Shown here: positions 23,772 through 33,320 of the stretch, one piece after another
Layout: every line of letters begins with the position of its first letter
Numbering within the stretch: the stretch's first letter is position 1
Assembly: GCA_046582595.1 (NCBI GenBank)
Contig: JAYGEB010000127.1
Location: 1 to 46,836, forward strand
Reading direction: 5' to 3'
Source: Alphaproteobacteria bacterium
Lineage (GTDB): Bacteria > Pseudomonadota > Alphaproteobacteria > GCA-2731375
DNA: 46,836 nt
Position numbers and translations under genes: made by a program
Notes under the pieces: generated by a model
The model's database searches: none
What the model was told of the DNA's origin: nothing
Seen by the model: only the letters and a program-made list of their open reading frames with translations

Positions 23772-24473
23772 TTGAGTGAGATGTCCAACAAAACCAACCC
23801 AGCCCAACGCGCGGCGCGTCCGCGCGATGCCGCCACCTTGGTGCTGTTGCGCCAGGTGCGGGGCAAGACCACGGTGCTCATGGGGCTGCGCCACGGCAAG
23901 CATAAATTCATGCCCGATCAATGGGTTTTCCCGGGCGGCCGGGTCGACCGCTCCGACGGCTTTGCCCATGCCGCCACGGAATTGCGCCCGCATGTCGAAA
24001 AACATCTGGCCGCGGCGTCGTCGGCTCATCGCGCCCGCGCCCTGGCCATGGCGGCGGTGCGGGAAACGTTCGAGGAAACCGGCCTGATTTTGGGCCGCTC
24101 CCTGGAGGTGGCGCCCAGCCGCGCCGCGCCGTCCTGGGCGGCCTTCTACCGGACCGGCTACGCGCCGCTTCTGGACAGCCTGGAATATGTCTACCGGGCC
24201 GTAACGCCGCCTATTCGGCCGATCCGTTTCAATGCCCGGTTTTTTCTGGCCGATGGCTCGAACCTGCACGGCAAGCTGCAGGGTGACGGTGAATTACTGA
24301 ACTTGAGCTGGCTGCCGATCCCCAAGGCCATTGCATTGCCGACGCCGCCGATCCAGCGGATCGTGCTCGAGGCGTTGCCCGGCATGGTGGATGACGGCGG
24401 TAAGATCAGACGGCCCCGCCGGGTGCCCATCCGCATCATGCGCCATGGCGAACGCCGGCTGGAATACGAATGA
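23772..24473 (+). CDS. NUDIX hydrolase
   Basis: Nudix box FPGGRVD...AAVRETFEETGL. GTG 23772 or ATG 23781 as start. Confidence 0.8.
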   Translation: MSEMSNKTNPAQRAARPRDAATLVLLRQVRGKTTVLMGLRHGKHKFMPDQWVFPGGRVDRSDGFAHAATELRPHVEKHLAAASSAHRARALAMAAVRETFEETGLILGRSLEVAPSRAAPSWAAFYRTGYAPLLDSLEYVYRAVTPPIRPIRFNARFFLADGSNLHGKLQGDGELLNLSWLPIPKAIALPTPPIQRIVLEALPGMVDDGGKIRRPRRVPIRIMRHGERRLEYE

Positions 24474-25132
24474 GCGCCCCTGAAAAGACCCGCGACCGCC
24501 GCCCCTACCAACGCCCCGAGAAGCCGGTGCGGCCCCGCGATGCCGCCAGTCTGATGATTTACCGGCAACGCAAGGGCTTGACGGAGGTCCTCATGGGGCG
24601 CCGGGCCTCGCGCCATCGGTTCATGCCGAATGTCTTCGTCTTCCCCGGTGGCCGCGTCGATGCGGCGGACCGCCGGGCGGAGATCGCGGCGGACCTGGCC
24701 GCGCCCATGGCCCGTAAATTGCACAGCAAGTGGTCGCCTGGGATGTCCCGGGCGCTTGCCGTGGCGGCGGTGCGGGAAACCTTCGAGGAAACCGGCCTGG
24801 TGATCGGAGAGCGGCGAAGGGAGGGCGTGCGGCCCAATCTGGCCGCCCTGGACTATGTGGCCCGGGCCATCACGCCGCCCGACAGTCCCATGCGTTTTCA
24901 TGCCCGGTTTTTTGCCGTCGATGTGAAACAAACCACCGGCCGGGTGCGCGACAGCGAGGAATTACAGAATTTGCAATGGTTTTCCCTGGACGATGCCCTG
25001 GCCATGGACCTGGTCGACGTGACCGAATTCGTGCTGGGCGAATTCAAGCGCCGCCGCGAGGGTTGGCGCCCGCCCGGCGTGCCGCTGTTCAGCTATCGCA
25101 ACGGCCGTCCGGTGATAAAGTACGAGGCCTGA
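24470..25132 (+). CDS. NUDIX hydrolase (tandem paralogue)
   Basis: ATGA overlap with the upstream NUDIX gene. Same architecture (RPRDAASLMIY.., FPGGRVD, AAVRETFEETGLVIG, RFHARFF). Confidence 0.8.
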   Translation: MSAPEKTRDRRPYQRPEKPVRPRDAASLMIYRQRKGLTEVLMGRRASRHRFMPNVFVFPGGRVDAADRRAEIAADLAAPMARKLHSKWSPGMSRALAVAAVRETFEETGLVIGERRREGVRPNLAALDYVARAITPPDSPMRFHARFFAVDVKQTTGRVRDSEELQNLQWFSLDDALAMDLVDVTEFVLGEFKRRREGWRPPGVPLFSYRNGRPVIKYEA

Positions 25133-25150
25133 TTTCAGCCTGATGCGGAC

Positions 25151-25178
25151 TTGACAGAACGGCGCGGGGTATTATGTT
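25151..25178 (+). promoter_or_regulatory. candidate sigma-70 promoter for rpmG
   Basis: TTGACA (25151-25156), 16-nt spacer, TATGTT (25173-25178), about 50 nt upstream of the rpmG ATG. Confidence 0.45.
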
Positions 25179-25230
25179 CCCGGGCCAAGGATAGGGCGTG
25201 TGCGCGCCTGGCAATTTCGGAGTTTTGGTG

Positions 25231-25398
25231 ATGGCGAAACCCTCGACCATTAAGATCAGATTGGTGAGTAGTGCCGATACGGGTTATTACTACGTGACCA
25301 AGAAAAATCCCCGTACCCAGACCGAGAAGATGGTGGTCAGGAAATATGACCCCGTGGTCCGCAAACACGTGGAATTCAAGGAAACCAAGATCAAATAA
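25231..25398 (+). CDS. rpmG: 50S ribosomal protein L33
   Basis: 55 aa: [55 protein letters not shown]. Confidence 0.93.
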   Translation: MAKPSTIKIRLVSSADTGYYYVTKKNPRTQTEKMVVRKYDPVVRKHVEFKETKIK

Positions 25399-25416
25399 AT
25401 TTTGATTTTGTCGCTT

Positions 25417-25446
25417 GGCCGGCGCGTGCGCCGGCCGTTTTCGTTT
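25417..25446. terminator. bidirectional intrinsic terminator between convergent rpmG and pleD
   Basis: Perfect 9-bp GC stem GGCCGGCGC/GCGCCGGCC followed by GTTTTCGTTT. A/T-rich tract TTTTGATTTTG on the other side. Confidence 0.7.
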
Positions 25447-25460
25447 GTCCGGCGCTTTGA

Positions 25461-26864
25461 TCAGGCGCCTTGCGCCGTCGCCGCCAGCTCGTCCCAGTCT
25501 TCAAAAACGACCCTGTCGCGGCCGGAATTCTTGGCCGCATAGAGGGCGTCATCGCCGCGCCGGAGGAGGTCCGCCGGTTTGTCCGAGGCGCCATGGGATA
25601 CACTGACGCCAATACTGACCGTGATCGGTATCGCCAAATCCTGGTCGGGCACGGCGACGGCGGCTTCGGCGATGGCTTCGCGCAGACGTTCCGCGACGGC
25701 CATGCAGGTCTCGCGCTCGGAATCGGGCATGATGACGACAAATTCCTCGCCCCCCGTCCGCGCCGCCAGATCGATGAAGCGGACACAGCGTTTGACCCGG
25801 GCCGCGAACTCCTTCAGCACTTCGTCGCCGGCGGCATGGCCGTGGGTGTCATTAACCGCCTTGAAATGGTCGATGTCCAAGGCCAGCAGGCCGATCGGCT
25901 GGCCATTCTGCACCGCCCGATGCATCAGGTTTTCCAGATGGGATTCCAGATAACGGCGGTTATACAGGCCGGTCAGCGGATCGGTGACCGCCAAGGTCAT
26001 GCTCAAATGATAGTTCGCGCGCAGGCGGTCCTCATACTTCTTGCGCCGCAATTGGGTCCGGCACCGGGCCATCAGTTCGTTTTGGTCCACCGGGCGGATC
26101 AGGTAGTCGTTGACGCCCAGGTCCAGGCCCCGGACCAGCCGCTCCATCTGATCGGGCGTGTCATCGACCAGGATCAGAATGGGTATTTGCCGGCTTTCTT
26201 CCATGGAACGCAGCTGCGAACACAAACGCAGGCCATCGGTGTCCTGCAGGGATAGCGAAACGATGATCAGATCCACGTCCGCGGCCCGCGCCGCCGCGAC
26301 GGCGTCATCGGCGCCGCTGGCCATGGTGACCGTGTGATGGCCTTCCAAGGCTTGATTGATGTTGCGAGCATAGATGGCCCGGTCCTCGACCACCAAAATC
26401 CGGCCGCCCTCGGCTTCGATCACGGTGCTATCGGGTTCAGCCACGCCGAAGCTGCTTGATGTAGCTTCGCGCAAGCGCAATTCGTCCATCATGATCTTGA
26501 GACGGATCAAGGAACGGACCCGGGCGAACAGGGCGATGTCATTCACCGGTTTGGTCAGAAAATCATCCGCTCCCGCTTCCAATCCGCGCACCCGGTCGGA
26601 GGTGTCGGACAGGGCGGTAACCATGACCACCGGAATGTGCCTCAGATTGGCTTTGGCTTTAATCTTTTCGCAAACTTCAAAGCCATCCATGCCCGGCATC
26701 ATCACGTCGAGCAGGACGATATCGGGGACTTCCCGTTCAACGATTTCAAGGGCGTCGGGGCCGTTCATGGCCGTGAGAACATCGTAATATTCTCTGGAAA
26801 GTTTGGCTTCCAGCAGTTTGACGTTCGGGAGAACGTCATCGACGACCAGGATGCGTGCTGTCAT
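25461..26864 (-). CDS. pleD: response regulator diguanylate cyclase PleD (REC-REC-GGDEF)
   Basis: ILVVDD..DIVLLDVMMPGMDG (REC1), degenerate REC2, GGEEF active site with RFID I-site 5 residues upstream. Downstream of divK. Confidence 0.9.
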   Translation of the reverse strand: MTARILVVDDVLPNVKLLEAKLSREYYDVLTAMNGPDALEIVEREVPDIVLLDVMMPGMDGFEVCEKIKAKANLRHIPVVMVTALSDTSDRVRGLEAGADDFLTKPVNDIALFARVRSLIRLKIMMDELRLREATSSSFGVAEPDSTVIEAEGGRILVVEDRAIYARNINQALEGHHTVTMASGADDAVAAARAADVDLIIVSLSLQDTDGLRLCSQLRSMEESRQIPILILVDDTPDQMERLVRGLDLGVNDYLIRPVDQNELMARCRTQLRRKKYEDRLRANYHLSMTLAVTDPLTGLYNRRYLESHLENLMHRAVQNGQPIGLLALDIDHFKAVNDTHGHAAGDEVLKEFAARVKRCVRFIDLAARTGGEEFVVIMPDSERETCMAVAERLREAIAEAAVAVPDQDLAIPITVSIGVSVSHGASDKPADLLRRGDDALYAAKNSGRDRVVFEDWDELAATAQGA

Positions 26865-26881
26865 TGGTTGGCCTTAGAACA

Positions 26882-27247
26882 TTACTCGAGGAATTTTTTA
26901 ACGGTATCCAGAAACAATTGTACCGAGATCGGCTTGGCAATATAGGCTTCGCAACCGCCAACCCGTATTTTCTCTTCATCGCCCTTCATGGCGAATGCCG
27001 TGACGGCGATCACCGGAATGGATTTCAACTCATCGTCTTCCTTGATCCATTTGGTCACTTCCAGTCCCGACACTTCCGGCAACTGAATATCCATCAGGAT
27101 CAGATCCGGGCGTTTTTCGCGGGCGATCGCCAAGGCTTCCATGCCGTCCTTGGTTTGCAGGGTATCGTAACCGTGCGCATCCAAAAGATCGTGAAAGAGC
27201 TTCATGTTCAGGTCATTGTCTTCAACAATCAGTACCGTTTTAGCCAT
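26882..27247 (-). CDS. divK: single-domain response regulator DivK
   Basis: [53 protein letters not shown]. Forms the canonical divK-pleD pair. Confidence 0.88.
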   Translation of the reverse strand: MAKTVLIVEDNDLNMKLFHDLLDAHGYDTLQTKDGMEALAIAREKRPDLILMDIQLPEVSGLEVTKWIKEDDELKSIPVIAVTAFAMKGDEEKIRVGGCEAYIAKPISVQLFLDTVKKFLE

Positions 27248-27394
27248 AGCAAACTGGTCCCCAGGGCGCCGATTCAACGCGCATTATTCGTAATTATCGA
27301 GTGCGATCGTTAATATCTGGTATAGCCATCGCGAAACGCGGCTAACAAAGCACGAAATGCGGTACTCGGTCGATGGTTAATACGGAAGCCTAAC

Positions 27395-27673
27395 ATGAAC
27401 GAAGAACAAGCCAAAATCGTTGCCTTGCGGGCCTTGACGTTTCTGGTGGCCGAGGCGGACACTCTGCAGCGGTTCATGGACCTGAGTGGTGTCGATCGGT
27501 CCGACCTTCGCGAGCGCGCCGATGATCCCGCCATGCTTGCGGGTGTATTGGATTTCTTTCTTGGCTTCGAGCCGCAACTGCTGCAAATGTGTGAGGCCAC
27601 GGGGCTGGCGGCGGAGGCGCCGGCCCAGGCGCGGCGCCGGCTGTTCGGCGGCCAGTTCGAGGAATGGAGTTAG
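27395..27673 (+). CDS. DUF3572-like small protein
   Basis: 92 aa, ..ALRALTFLVAEADTLQRFMDLSGV..LAGVLDFFLGFEPQLL. This protein type is commonly divergent from divK in alphaproteobacteria (from memory, not searched). Confidence 0.65.
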   Translation: MNEEQAKIVALRALTFLVAEADTLQRFMDLSGVDRSDLRERADDPAMLAGVLDFFLGFEPQLLQMCEATGLAAEAPAQARRRLFGGQFEEWS

Positions 27674-27676
27674 ATT

Positions 27677-28351
27677 TTGGAAGACGATCCCCTACACGAC
27701 GATGTTTTGAGCCAACTGGAGGCCTTGCGGCTGACGTCGGACCGCCCTCTGATCGTCAGCGATGCCGATGAAGTCATCTTTGCCTTTGTCCGGGGACTGG
27801 AGGCCTATTTGCTGGACAATGGCCATTTCATGGACCTGAAATCCTTTGCGTTGCGAGGCAATATTCGCTCCAGCGAAACTGGGGAAGCTGTCTCGGCGGA
27901 GGCGGTGAAGGCGTTGATCAATGGTTATTTCGCGGAACGCACGGAACAAATCGAACCCGTCGAAGGCGCCGCCGAGGCCCTGGCGGCCTTGTCGAAACGG
28001 GCGCAAATCCTGGTCTTGTCCAACACCCCCCTGGACTGCCGGGAGGCCAGGCGCCGGGCCCTGGTCAAACATGGCATGGACTACCCCTTGGTGGCGAATA
28101 TCGGCCGCAAGGGCGGCGCCATGGCCTATCTGGCCGATCGGCAATCGGCGCCAATGTTTTTTCTCGACGATATTCCCCACAATATTTCATCGGTGGCGCG
28201 GGCGGCGGGGCGGGTAACGCGGCTGCATTTTATCGCCGACCGTCGGTTGCGGGATATGTTGGGCGCGGCCGAGGATGCGGATGCGCGGATCGACGATTGG
28301 CCCGGCGCGCGCCGGTTCATAGAACAACGGCTGGCGGCGGAAGGCTATTGA
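27677..28351 (+). CDS. HAD-superfamily hydrolase-like protein
   Basis: TTG start 3 nt after the upstream stop. Motif I SDADEV (DxDxV), motif II VLSNTP, motif IV FFLDD. Confidence 0.6.
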   Translation: MEDDPLHDDVLSQLEALRLTSDRPLIVSDADEVIFAFVRGLEAYLLDNGHFMDLKSFALRGNIRSSETGEAVSAEAVKALINGYFAERTEQIEPVEGAAEALAALSKRAQILVLSNTPLDCREARRRALVKHGMDYPLVANIGRKGGAMAYLADRQSAPMFFLDDIPHNISSVARAAGRVTRLHFIADRRLRDMLGAAEDADARIDDWPGARRFIEQRLAAEGY

Positions 28352-28354
28352 GAC

Positions 28355-29179
28355 ATGCGGATCGGCGTTGATTTGGGTGGCACCAAAATCGAGGCGTTGA
28401 TCCTTGCCGACGATGGAACGGAGCTGCGCCGGCAACGGGTGCCTACGCCGCGGGGGGATTACCGCGGCATCGTCACCGCGATCCGGGATCTGCTGGCGGC
28501 GGTGTTGGAGGGGCGGGACGGCGCGGGTATTCCCGCCGGCGTGACCATACCGGGCGCCCTGTCGCCGGCGACCGGGCTGATTAAAAACGCCAATACTACC
28601 TGTCTGATCGGCAAGCCATTCGATCAAGATCTGACCGCCGCCCTTGGCCGGCCCGTGCGTCTGGCCAATGACGCCAATTGTTTCGCCCTGTCGGAGGCCA
28701 GCGACGGCGCCGGGCAGGGCGCCGACAGCGTCTTCGGCGTCATCGTGGGGACCGGTACCGGGGCCGGTATCGTCATTGGCGGCCGCTTGCACGAGGGGCG
28801 CAATTTGATTGCCGGTGAATGGGGGCACGTGCCCTTGCCTTGGCCCGATGACGATGAACGCCCCGGCCCACCCTGTTATTGCGGCAAACGGGGCTGTATC
28901 GAAACGTTTTTGTCCGGCCCCGGACTGAGCCGGGATTTCCAGGCCGCCACCGGGGGGGCGGTGAAAGCCCATGAAATCGCTGAAATGGCGGCAAATGGCG
29001 ATGCCCGCGCCGAGGCCTGCATGGCGCGCTATGAACGGCGCATGGCCAAATCCCTGGCCATGATGATCTCGATCCTTGACCCGGAGGTGATCGTGATGGG
29101 GGGCGGGGTGTCGAATATCAGCCGTTTATACGACAATGTGCCCCGCTTGTGGCGGGAATACGCCTTCTCCGACCAGTAG
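28355..29179 (+). CDS. ROK-family sugar kinase (N-acetylglucosamine/fructo-kinase-like)
   Basis: MRIGVDLGGTKIE.., ANDANCFALSE, GTGTGAGIV, and zinc motif GEWGH..CYCGKRGCIETFLSG. Confidence 0.85.
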   Translation: MRIGVDLGGTKIEALILADDGTELRRQRVPTPRGDYRGIVTAIRDLLAAVLEGRDGAGIPAGVTIPGALSPATGLIKNANTTCLIGKPFDQDLTAALGRPVRLANDANCFALSEASDGAGQGADSVFGVIVGTGTGAGIVIGGRLHEGRNLIAGEWGHVPLPWPDDDERPGPPCYCGKRGCIETFLSGPGLSRDFQAATGGAVKAHEIAEMAANGDARAEACMARYERRMAKSLAMMISILDPEVIVMGGGVSNISRLYDNVPRLWREYAFSDQ

Positions 29180-29268
29180 AACACCAAACTGGTCAAGGCC
29201 CGGAATGGCGATTCATCCGGTGTCCGGGGCGCGGCCTGGTTGTGGCCGCTGCCCGCGGCGGGTTAGCC

Positions 29269-30528
29269 ATGGCCGCCCTGTGCCGCGATTGTCTCGCCAT
29301 CGGCACCGGCGGGGCGGGCACGGGGCGCTGCCAGGGCTGCGGTTCGCCACGGTTGCTGCGCCATCCGGAGCTGTTCCGCCTTGGCATCGCGCATCTTGAT
29401 TGCGACGCCTTTTATGCCAGCGTCGAGAAACGGGACAATCCCTCCCTCGCCGACAAGCCGGTCATCGTTGGCGGCGGCCAGCGCGGCGTGGTCAGCGCGG
29501 CTTGTTACGTGGCCCGCACCTATGGCGTGCGATCGGCCATGCCCATGTTCAAGGCGCGCAAGGCCTGCCCGAACGCGGTGGTGATCAAGCCCGATATGGC
29601 GAAGTATGCCGCCGCCGGGCGTCAGATCAGGACCATCATGAAGGATTACACGCCGCTTGTGGAACCATTGTCCCTGGACGAGGCCTTTTTGGATTTGACC
29701 GGTACCGAGCGCCTGCATGGCCAGGCGCCCGCCGCCACCGCCGCCGCCATCGTGGCGCGTATCGAGACGGAGGTGGGGGTCGGCGCCTCGATCGGTCTGT
29801 CCTATAACAAATCCCTGGCCAAGGTCGCCTCCGACCTGGACAAGCCCAGGGGGTTCGCGGTGATCGGCCGGGCCGAGGCGGTGACATTTCTGGCGGGACA
29901 GCCGGTTTCGATCATTTGGGGCGCGGGCAAGGCCTTGCAACGTCGCCTGGCCAAGGCAGGCATCACGACGGTGGCGCAACTGCAGGCGATCGAGGAAACC
30001 GATCTGATCGCCCGTTATGGCGCCATGGGCCGGCGCATGGCGCAATTCGTGCGCGGCGAGGATCCGCGCCAGATCAGGGCCGGCCGGCCCAACAAAAGCA
30101 TTTCATCCGAGACGACATTTCACCACGATATCGCCGATGGCGAAGAACTGCGGAAGGTCCTGTGGCGGCAGGCCGAGCGGGTGGCGCGCCGGATCAAGGC
30201 GACCGAACTGGCCGGCACCACCGTTGTCCTGAAATTGCGCCGCGCCGATTTCCGCATCCTCACGCGCAGCCGCCGCCTGCCCGATCCGACGCGGCTGGCC
30301 GACACAATTTACCGCCAGGCCGCGGAAATGCTGGCCAGGGAGGTCAATGGCACGGCCTATCGCCTGTTGGGCGTCGGGTTAAGCGGCCTGGTCGATGCCG
30401 CCGGCGCCGACCCCCTTAGCCTGGCCGACCCGGAGGCGGAGCGCCGGGCGGACGCGGAGCGGGCACTCGATCATGTCAGGGAGCGTTTCGGCGTGGACGT
30501 GATCGGCAAGGGCAGGGGCCTGCGTTAA
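29269..30528 (+). CDS. dinB: DNA polymerase IV (Y-family) with N-terminal CxxC..CxxC extension
   Basis: IAHLDCDAFYASVEKRDNP..KPVIVGG, catalytic SLDEAFLDLTG, little-finger region. N-terminus is MAALCRDC..GRCQGCGSPRL. ATG 29269 is preferred over the longer track ORF that overlaps the ROK gene. Confidence 0.88.
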   Translation: MAALCRDCLAIGTGGAGTGRCQGCGSPRLLRHPELFRLGIAHLDCDAFYASVEKRDNPSLADKPVIVGGGQRGVVSAACYVARTYGVRSAMPMFKARKACPNAVVIKPDMAKYAAAGRQIRTIMKDYTPLVEPLSLDEAFLDLTGTERLHGQAPAATAAAIVARIETEVGVGASIGLSYNKSLAKVASDLDKPRGFAVIGRAEAVTFLAGQPVSIIWGAGKALQRRLAKAGITTVAQLQAIEETDLIARYGAMGRRMAQFVRGEDPRQIRAGRPNKSISSETTFHHDIADGEELRKVLWRQAERVARRIKATELAGTTVVLKLRRADFRILTRSRRLPDPTRLADTIYRQAAEMLAREVNGTAYRLLGVGLSGLVDAAGADPLSLADPEAERRADAERALDHVRERFGVDVIGKGRGLR

Positions 30529-30532
30529 TTTC

Positions 30533-31360
30533 CTAATCGCAGTCCGGCTGCTCCAAATATTGTAGTTCGACCAATTTTCCGATCAGCCCGAAATCCGGGT
30601 AGTCCAGCTTCACCGCGGCGATGGTGCCGTCGCCGTACAGGGTGTAGCCAATTTCGAATTCAGGTACGCCGAGGGCGTTATCGTAATGGTAGTAGGCTAG
30701 GCGGACAGGCCAACTGGGTTGATCCTTGGGCACCGGAGCACTCTTGGTCGCCCGTTCCGCGCCGTTCTTGACTTGCGCGCCGATGAAGACCGAGGCGTGA
30801 TAGTAGCCGGCGTCGTTGCTGCCATCGAACAGCGGAACTTCGAAACCGCGGCTGCCTTGCAAGGCCCGGCGCAAAACCTCGCGGTTATGGCTGACGGGGA
30901 ACAGGGTGCCCTTGGGCAAGGCAAGCCGCCGCGCCTTGGGCAAGCTCCAGACCGCATCGCCGCCCCCGCCGCTGTCCAGATTGGCCCGGCCTTGCTCCCG
31001 TTCGACCACTTTGCCGTTTATTCTGTTCACCAGATTGAAACGCAGGGCCCGCCCATCGCGGCTTTCCCAGATCGAGGCCTGCATGTCGCCAACGATATCC
31101 CGGCCCTCGGTGGCGGTGATGCGGCTGACAAAACCCTGGTTGAAGATGAAGCCGGCGCAATCTTCACTAAATTCCACCACCAGGCGGCCCTTGGCGGCGA
31201 CGATGCCCGCGTTCTCCCGGTCCTTGTTCAGATGCAGGTCATAGACCGCGCGGGCCGGACGCAGCGTTTGCGCCGGGGCGGCGGTGCCGGCCAGAATGGA
31301 ACTCACAAGCAGTGCAATGCTTATCGTCCACCAATGGGACCACGATGTTGAAATTGCCAT
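30533..31360 (-). CDS. DUF1849 / EipB-like periplasmic protein
   Basis: Signal peptide followed by YDLHL....G.LVVEF..C.G...NQ.F pattern and a C-terminal Cys. Family assigned from memory of alphaproteobacterial DUF1849 proteins. Start is ATG 31360 or upstream 31402. Confidence 0.65.
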   Translation of the reverse strand: MAISTSWSHWWTISIALLVSSILAGTAAPAQTLRPARAVYDLHLNKDRENAGIVAAKGRLVVEFSEDCAGFIFNQGFVSRITATEGRDIVGDMQASIWESRDGRALRFNLVNRINGKVVEREQGRANLDSGGGGDAVWSLPKARRLALPKGTLFPVSHNREVLRRALQGSRGFEVPLFDGSNDAGYYHASVFIGAQVKNGAERATKSAPVPKDQPSWPVRLAYYHYDNALGVPEFEIGYTLYGDGTIAAVKLDYPDFGLIGKLVELQYLEQPDCD

Positions 31361-31507
31361 ATCTCCGGCAAGCTCCTCATTCTTTTGCCTACAACAAACC
31401 ATTTTACGTGATCGGCGGCGTCCAAGCTAGTTGGCGGGCGGCGGCAATCGGCGGACGGTCCATTGTGCCGGTTGAGAAATCCCCCGGTTCGTCCTAAACA
31501 ACCGGCC

Positions 31508-33172
31508 ATGACCGATAAATTGAAAATTGCCCTGGCGCAGATCAATCCCACCGTCGGCGATATTGCCGGCAACGCGGATCTGCTGCGTGGCGCGCGCGCG
31601 GAGGCCGCCGGCCTTGGCGCGGACTTGGTGGCCTTCGGCGAATTGGTGTTGTGCGGCTATCCGCCCGAGGATCTGGTTCTCAAGGGCGCTTTCCAGGAGG
31701 CCGTGGCCGAGGCCGTGCGGTCTTTGGCGGCGGAAACGGCGGATGGCGGGCCGGGCCTTCTGGTTACCGCGCCCTGGCGGGACGACGGTTTGCTTTATAA
31801 CGCGGTATTGCTGTTGGACGGCGGCGAGATCGCGGCGGTGCGTTACAAGCACGATTTGCCCAATTATGGCGTATTCGACGAGAAGCGCGTGTTCGCGGCG
31901 GGGCCCTTGCCGGGGCCGGTGAATTTTCGCGGCGTCCGTCTCGGCGTGCCGATCTGCGAGGATATTTGGGGCCCCGATGTCTGCGAGTGCCTGGGCGAAA
32001 CCGGCGCTGAAATCCTGCTCGTGCCCAACGGCTCGCCCTATGAGGATGGCAAGTTCGATGTGCGCCTGAACCATGCCGTGGCCCGGGTTACGGAAACCGA
32101 TTTGCCCCTGGTCTATATCAATCAGGTTGGTGGCCAGGATGAACTGGTGTTCGACGGCGGCAGTTTCGTGCTGAACGGCGATTGTTCCCTGGCCCTGCAG
32201 ATGCCCACGTTCGAGAGCGGCCTGGTGATCAGCGAATGGCGCCGGACGGATGACGGCTGGATTTGCCAGCCGGGCGAACGTCATGCGCCGCACGAAGGTC
32301 TTGGCGCGATTTACCGGACCATGACCCTGGGGCTGCGGGATTATGTCAACAAAAATCGTTTTCCCGGCGTCGTTCTGGGCCTCTCGGGGGGCATCGATTC
32401 AGCCCTCAGCGCCGCCGTGGCGGTGGACGCCCTGGGTCCGGAGCGGGTCTGGTGCATCATGCTGCCGTCGAAATATTCCTCCGATCATAGTCTGAAGGAT
32501 GCCATCGATTGCGCCGAATTGCTGCAATGCCGCCTCGACAAAGTGGCGATCGAACCGGCGGTGAAGGCTTACGAAACCATGCTGGCGGATCTGTTCGAGG
32601 GGCGGGAGCCCGATACCACGGAAGAAAACATCCAATCCCGCGCCCGCGGCATGGCGCTCATGGCAATCTCCAACAAATTCGGGTACATGGTGCTGACCAC
32701 AGGCAACAAGTCCGAAATGTCGGTGGGTTATGCCACGATCTATGGCGATATGTGCGGCGGTTTCTCGGTTCTGAAGGATGTTTACAAAATCACCGCGTTC
32801 GAGCTCTCCCGCTGGCGCAATCAACAGCGGCCCGAATTCGCCCTGGGCCCCGAGGGCCGGGTGGTGCCGGAGAATACCATTTCCAAGCCGCCCTCGGCCG
32901 AATTGCGCCCGGACCAGAAGGACGAAGATTCCCTACCCCCCTATGAGGTCCTGGACGACATTCTGCGCAGTCTGGTGGAAGAGGAAATGGCGTTTGAAGA
33001 TATTCTGGCCCGCGGCCACGATGCCGCGACCGTTCGGCGCATAGAACATCTGCTTTACCTGGCCGAATACAAACGCCGGCAGGCGCCGCCCGGCGTGAAG
33101 ATCACGGCCCGGAATTTTGGCCGCGACCGCCGCTATCCGATCACCAATGGTTTCCGCGACGGGCGGGATTGA
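31508..33172 (+). CDS. nadE: glutamine-dependent NAD+ synthetase
   Basis: N-terminal nitrilase/CN-hydrolase domain (KIALAQINPTVGD..ELVLCGYPPEDL..ICEDIW). C-terminal synthetase domain with P-loop GLSGGIDSAL and TGNKSEMSVGYATIYGDM. Confidence 0.9.
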   Translation: MTDKLKIALAQINPTVGDIAGNADLLRGARAEAAGLGADLVAFGELVLCGYPPEDLVLKGAFQEAVAEAVRSLAAETADGGPGLLVTAPWRDDGLLYNAVLLLDGGEIAAVRYKHDLPNYGVFDEKRVFAAGPLPGPVNFRGVRLGVPICEDIWGPDVCECLGETGAEILLVPNGSPYEDGKFDVRLNHAVARVTETDLPLVYINQVGGQDELVFDGGSFVLNGDCSLALQMPTFESGLVISEWRRTDDGWICQPGERHAPHEGLGAIYRTMTLGLRDYVNKNRFPGVVLGLSGGIDSALSAAVAVDALGPERVWCIMLPSKYSSDHSLKDAIDCAELLQCRLDKVAIEPAVKAYETMLADLFEGREPDTTEENIQSRARGMALMAISNKFGYMVLTTGNKSEMSVGYATIYGDMCGGFSVLKDVYKITAFELSRWRNQQRPEFALGPEGRVVPENTISKPPSAELRPDQKDEDSLPPYEVLDDILRSLVEEEMAFEDILARGHDAATVRRIEHLLYLAEYKRRQAPPGVKITARNFGRDRRYPITNGFRDGRD

Positions 33173-33320
33173 ATGGCCCAAGGTGATTGTGCCGGGCCCG
33201 CTTTTAGGATTACTGTAGGCCCTCAATGACCTGGCCGGAGAATTCCGGTCAGGTGTGAAAATGCCGAAACAACGGAAAGCAACTTCCGAATAACCTATGA
33301 TTAACCTTGATTGACGGGGA

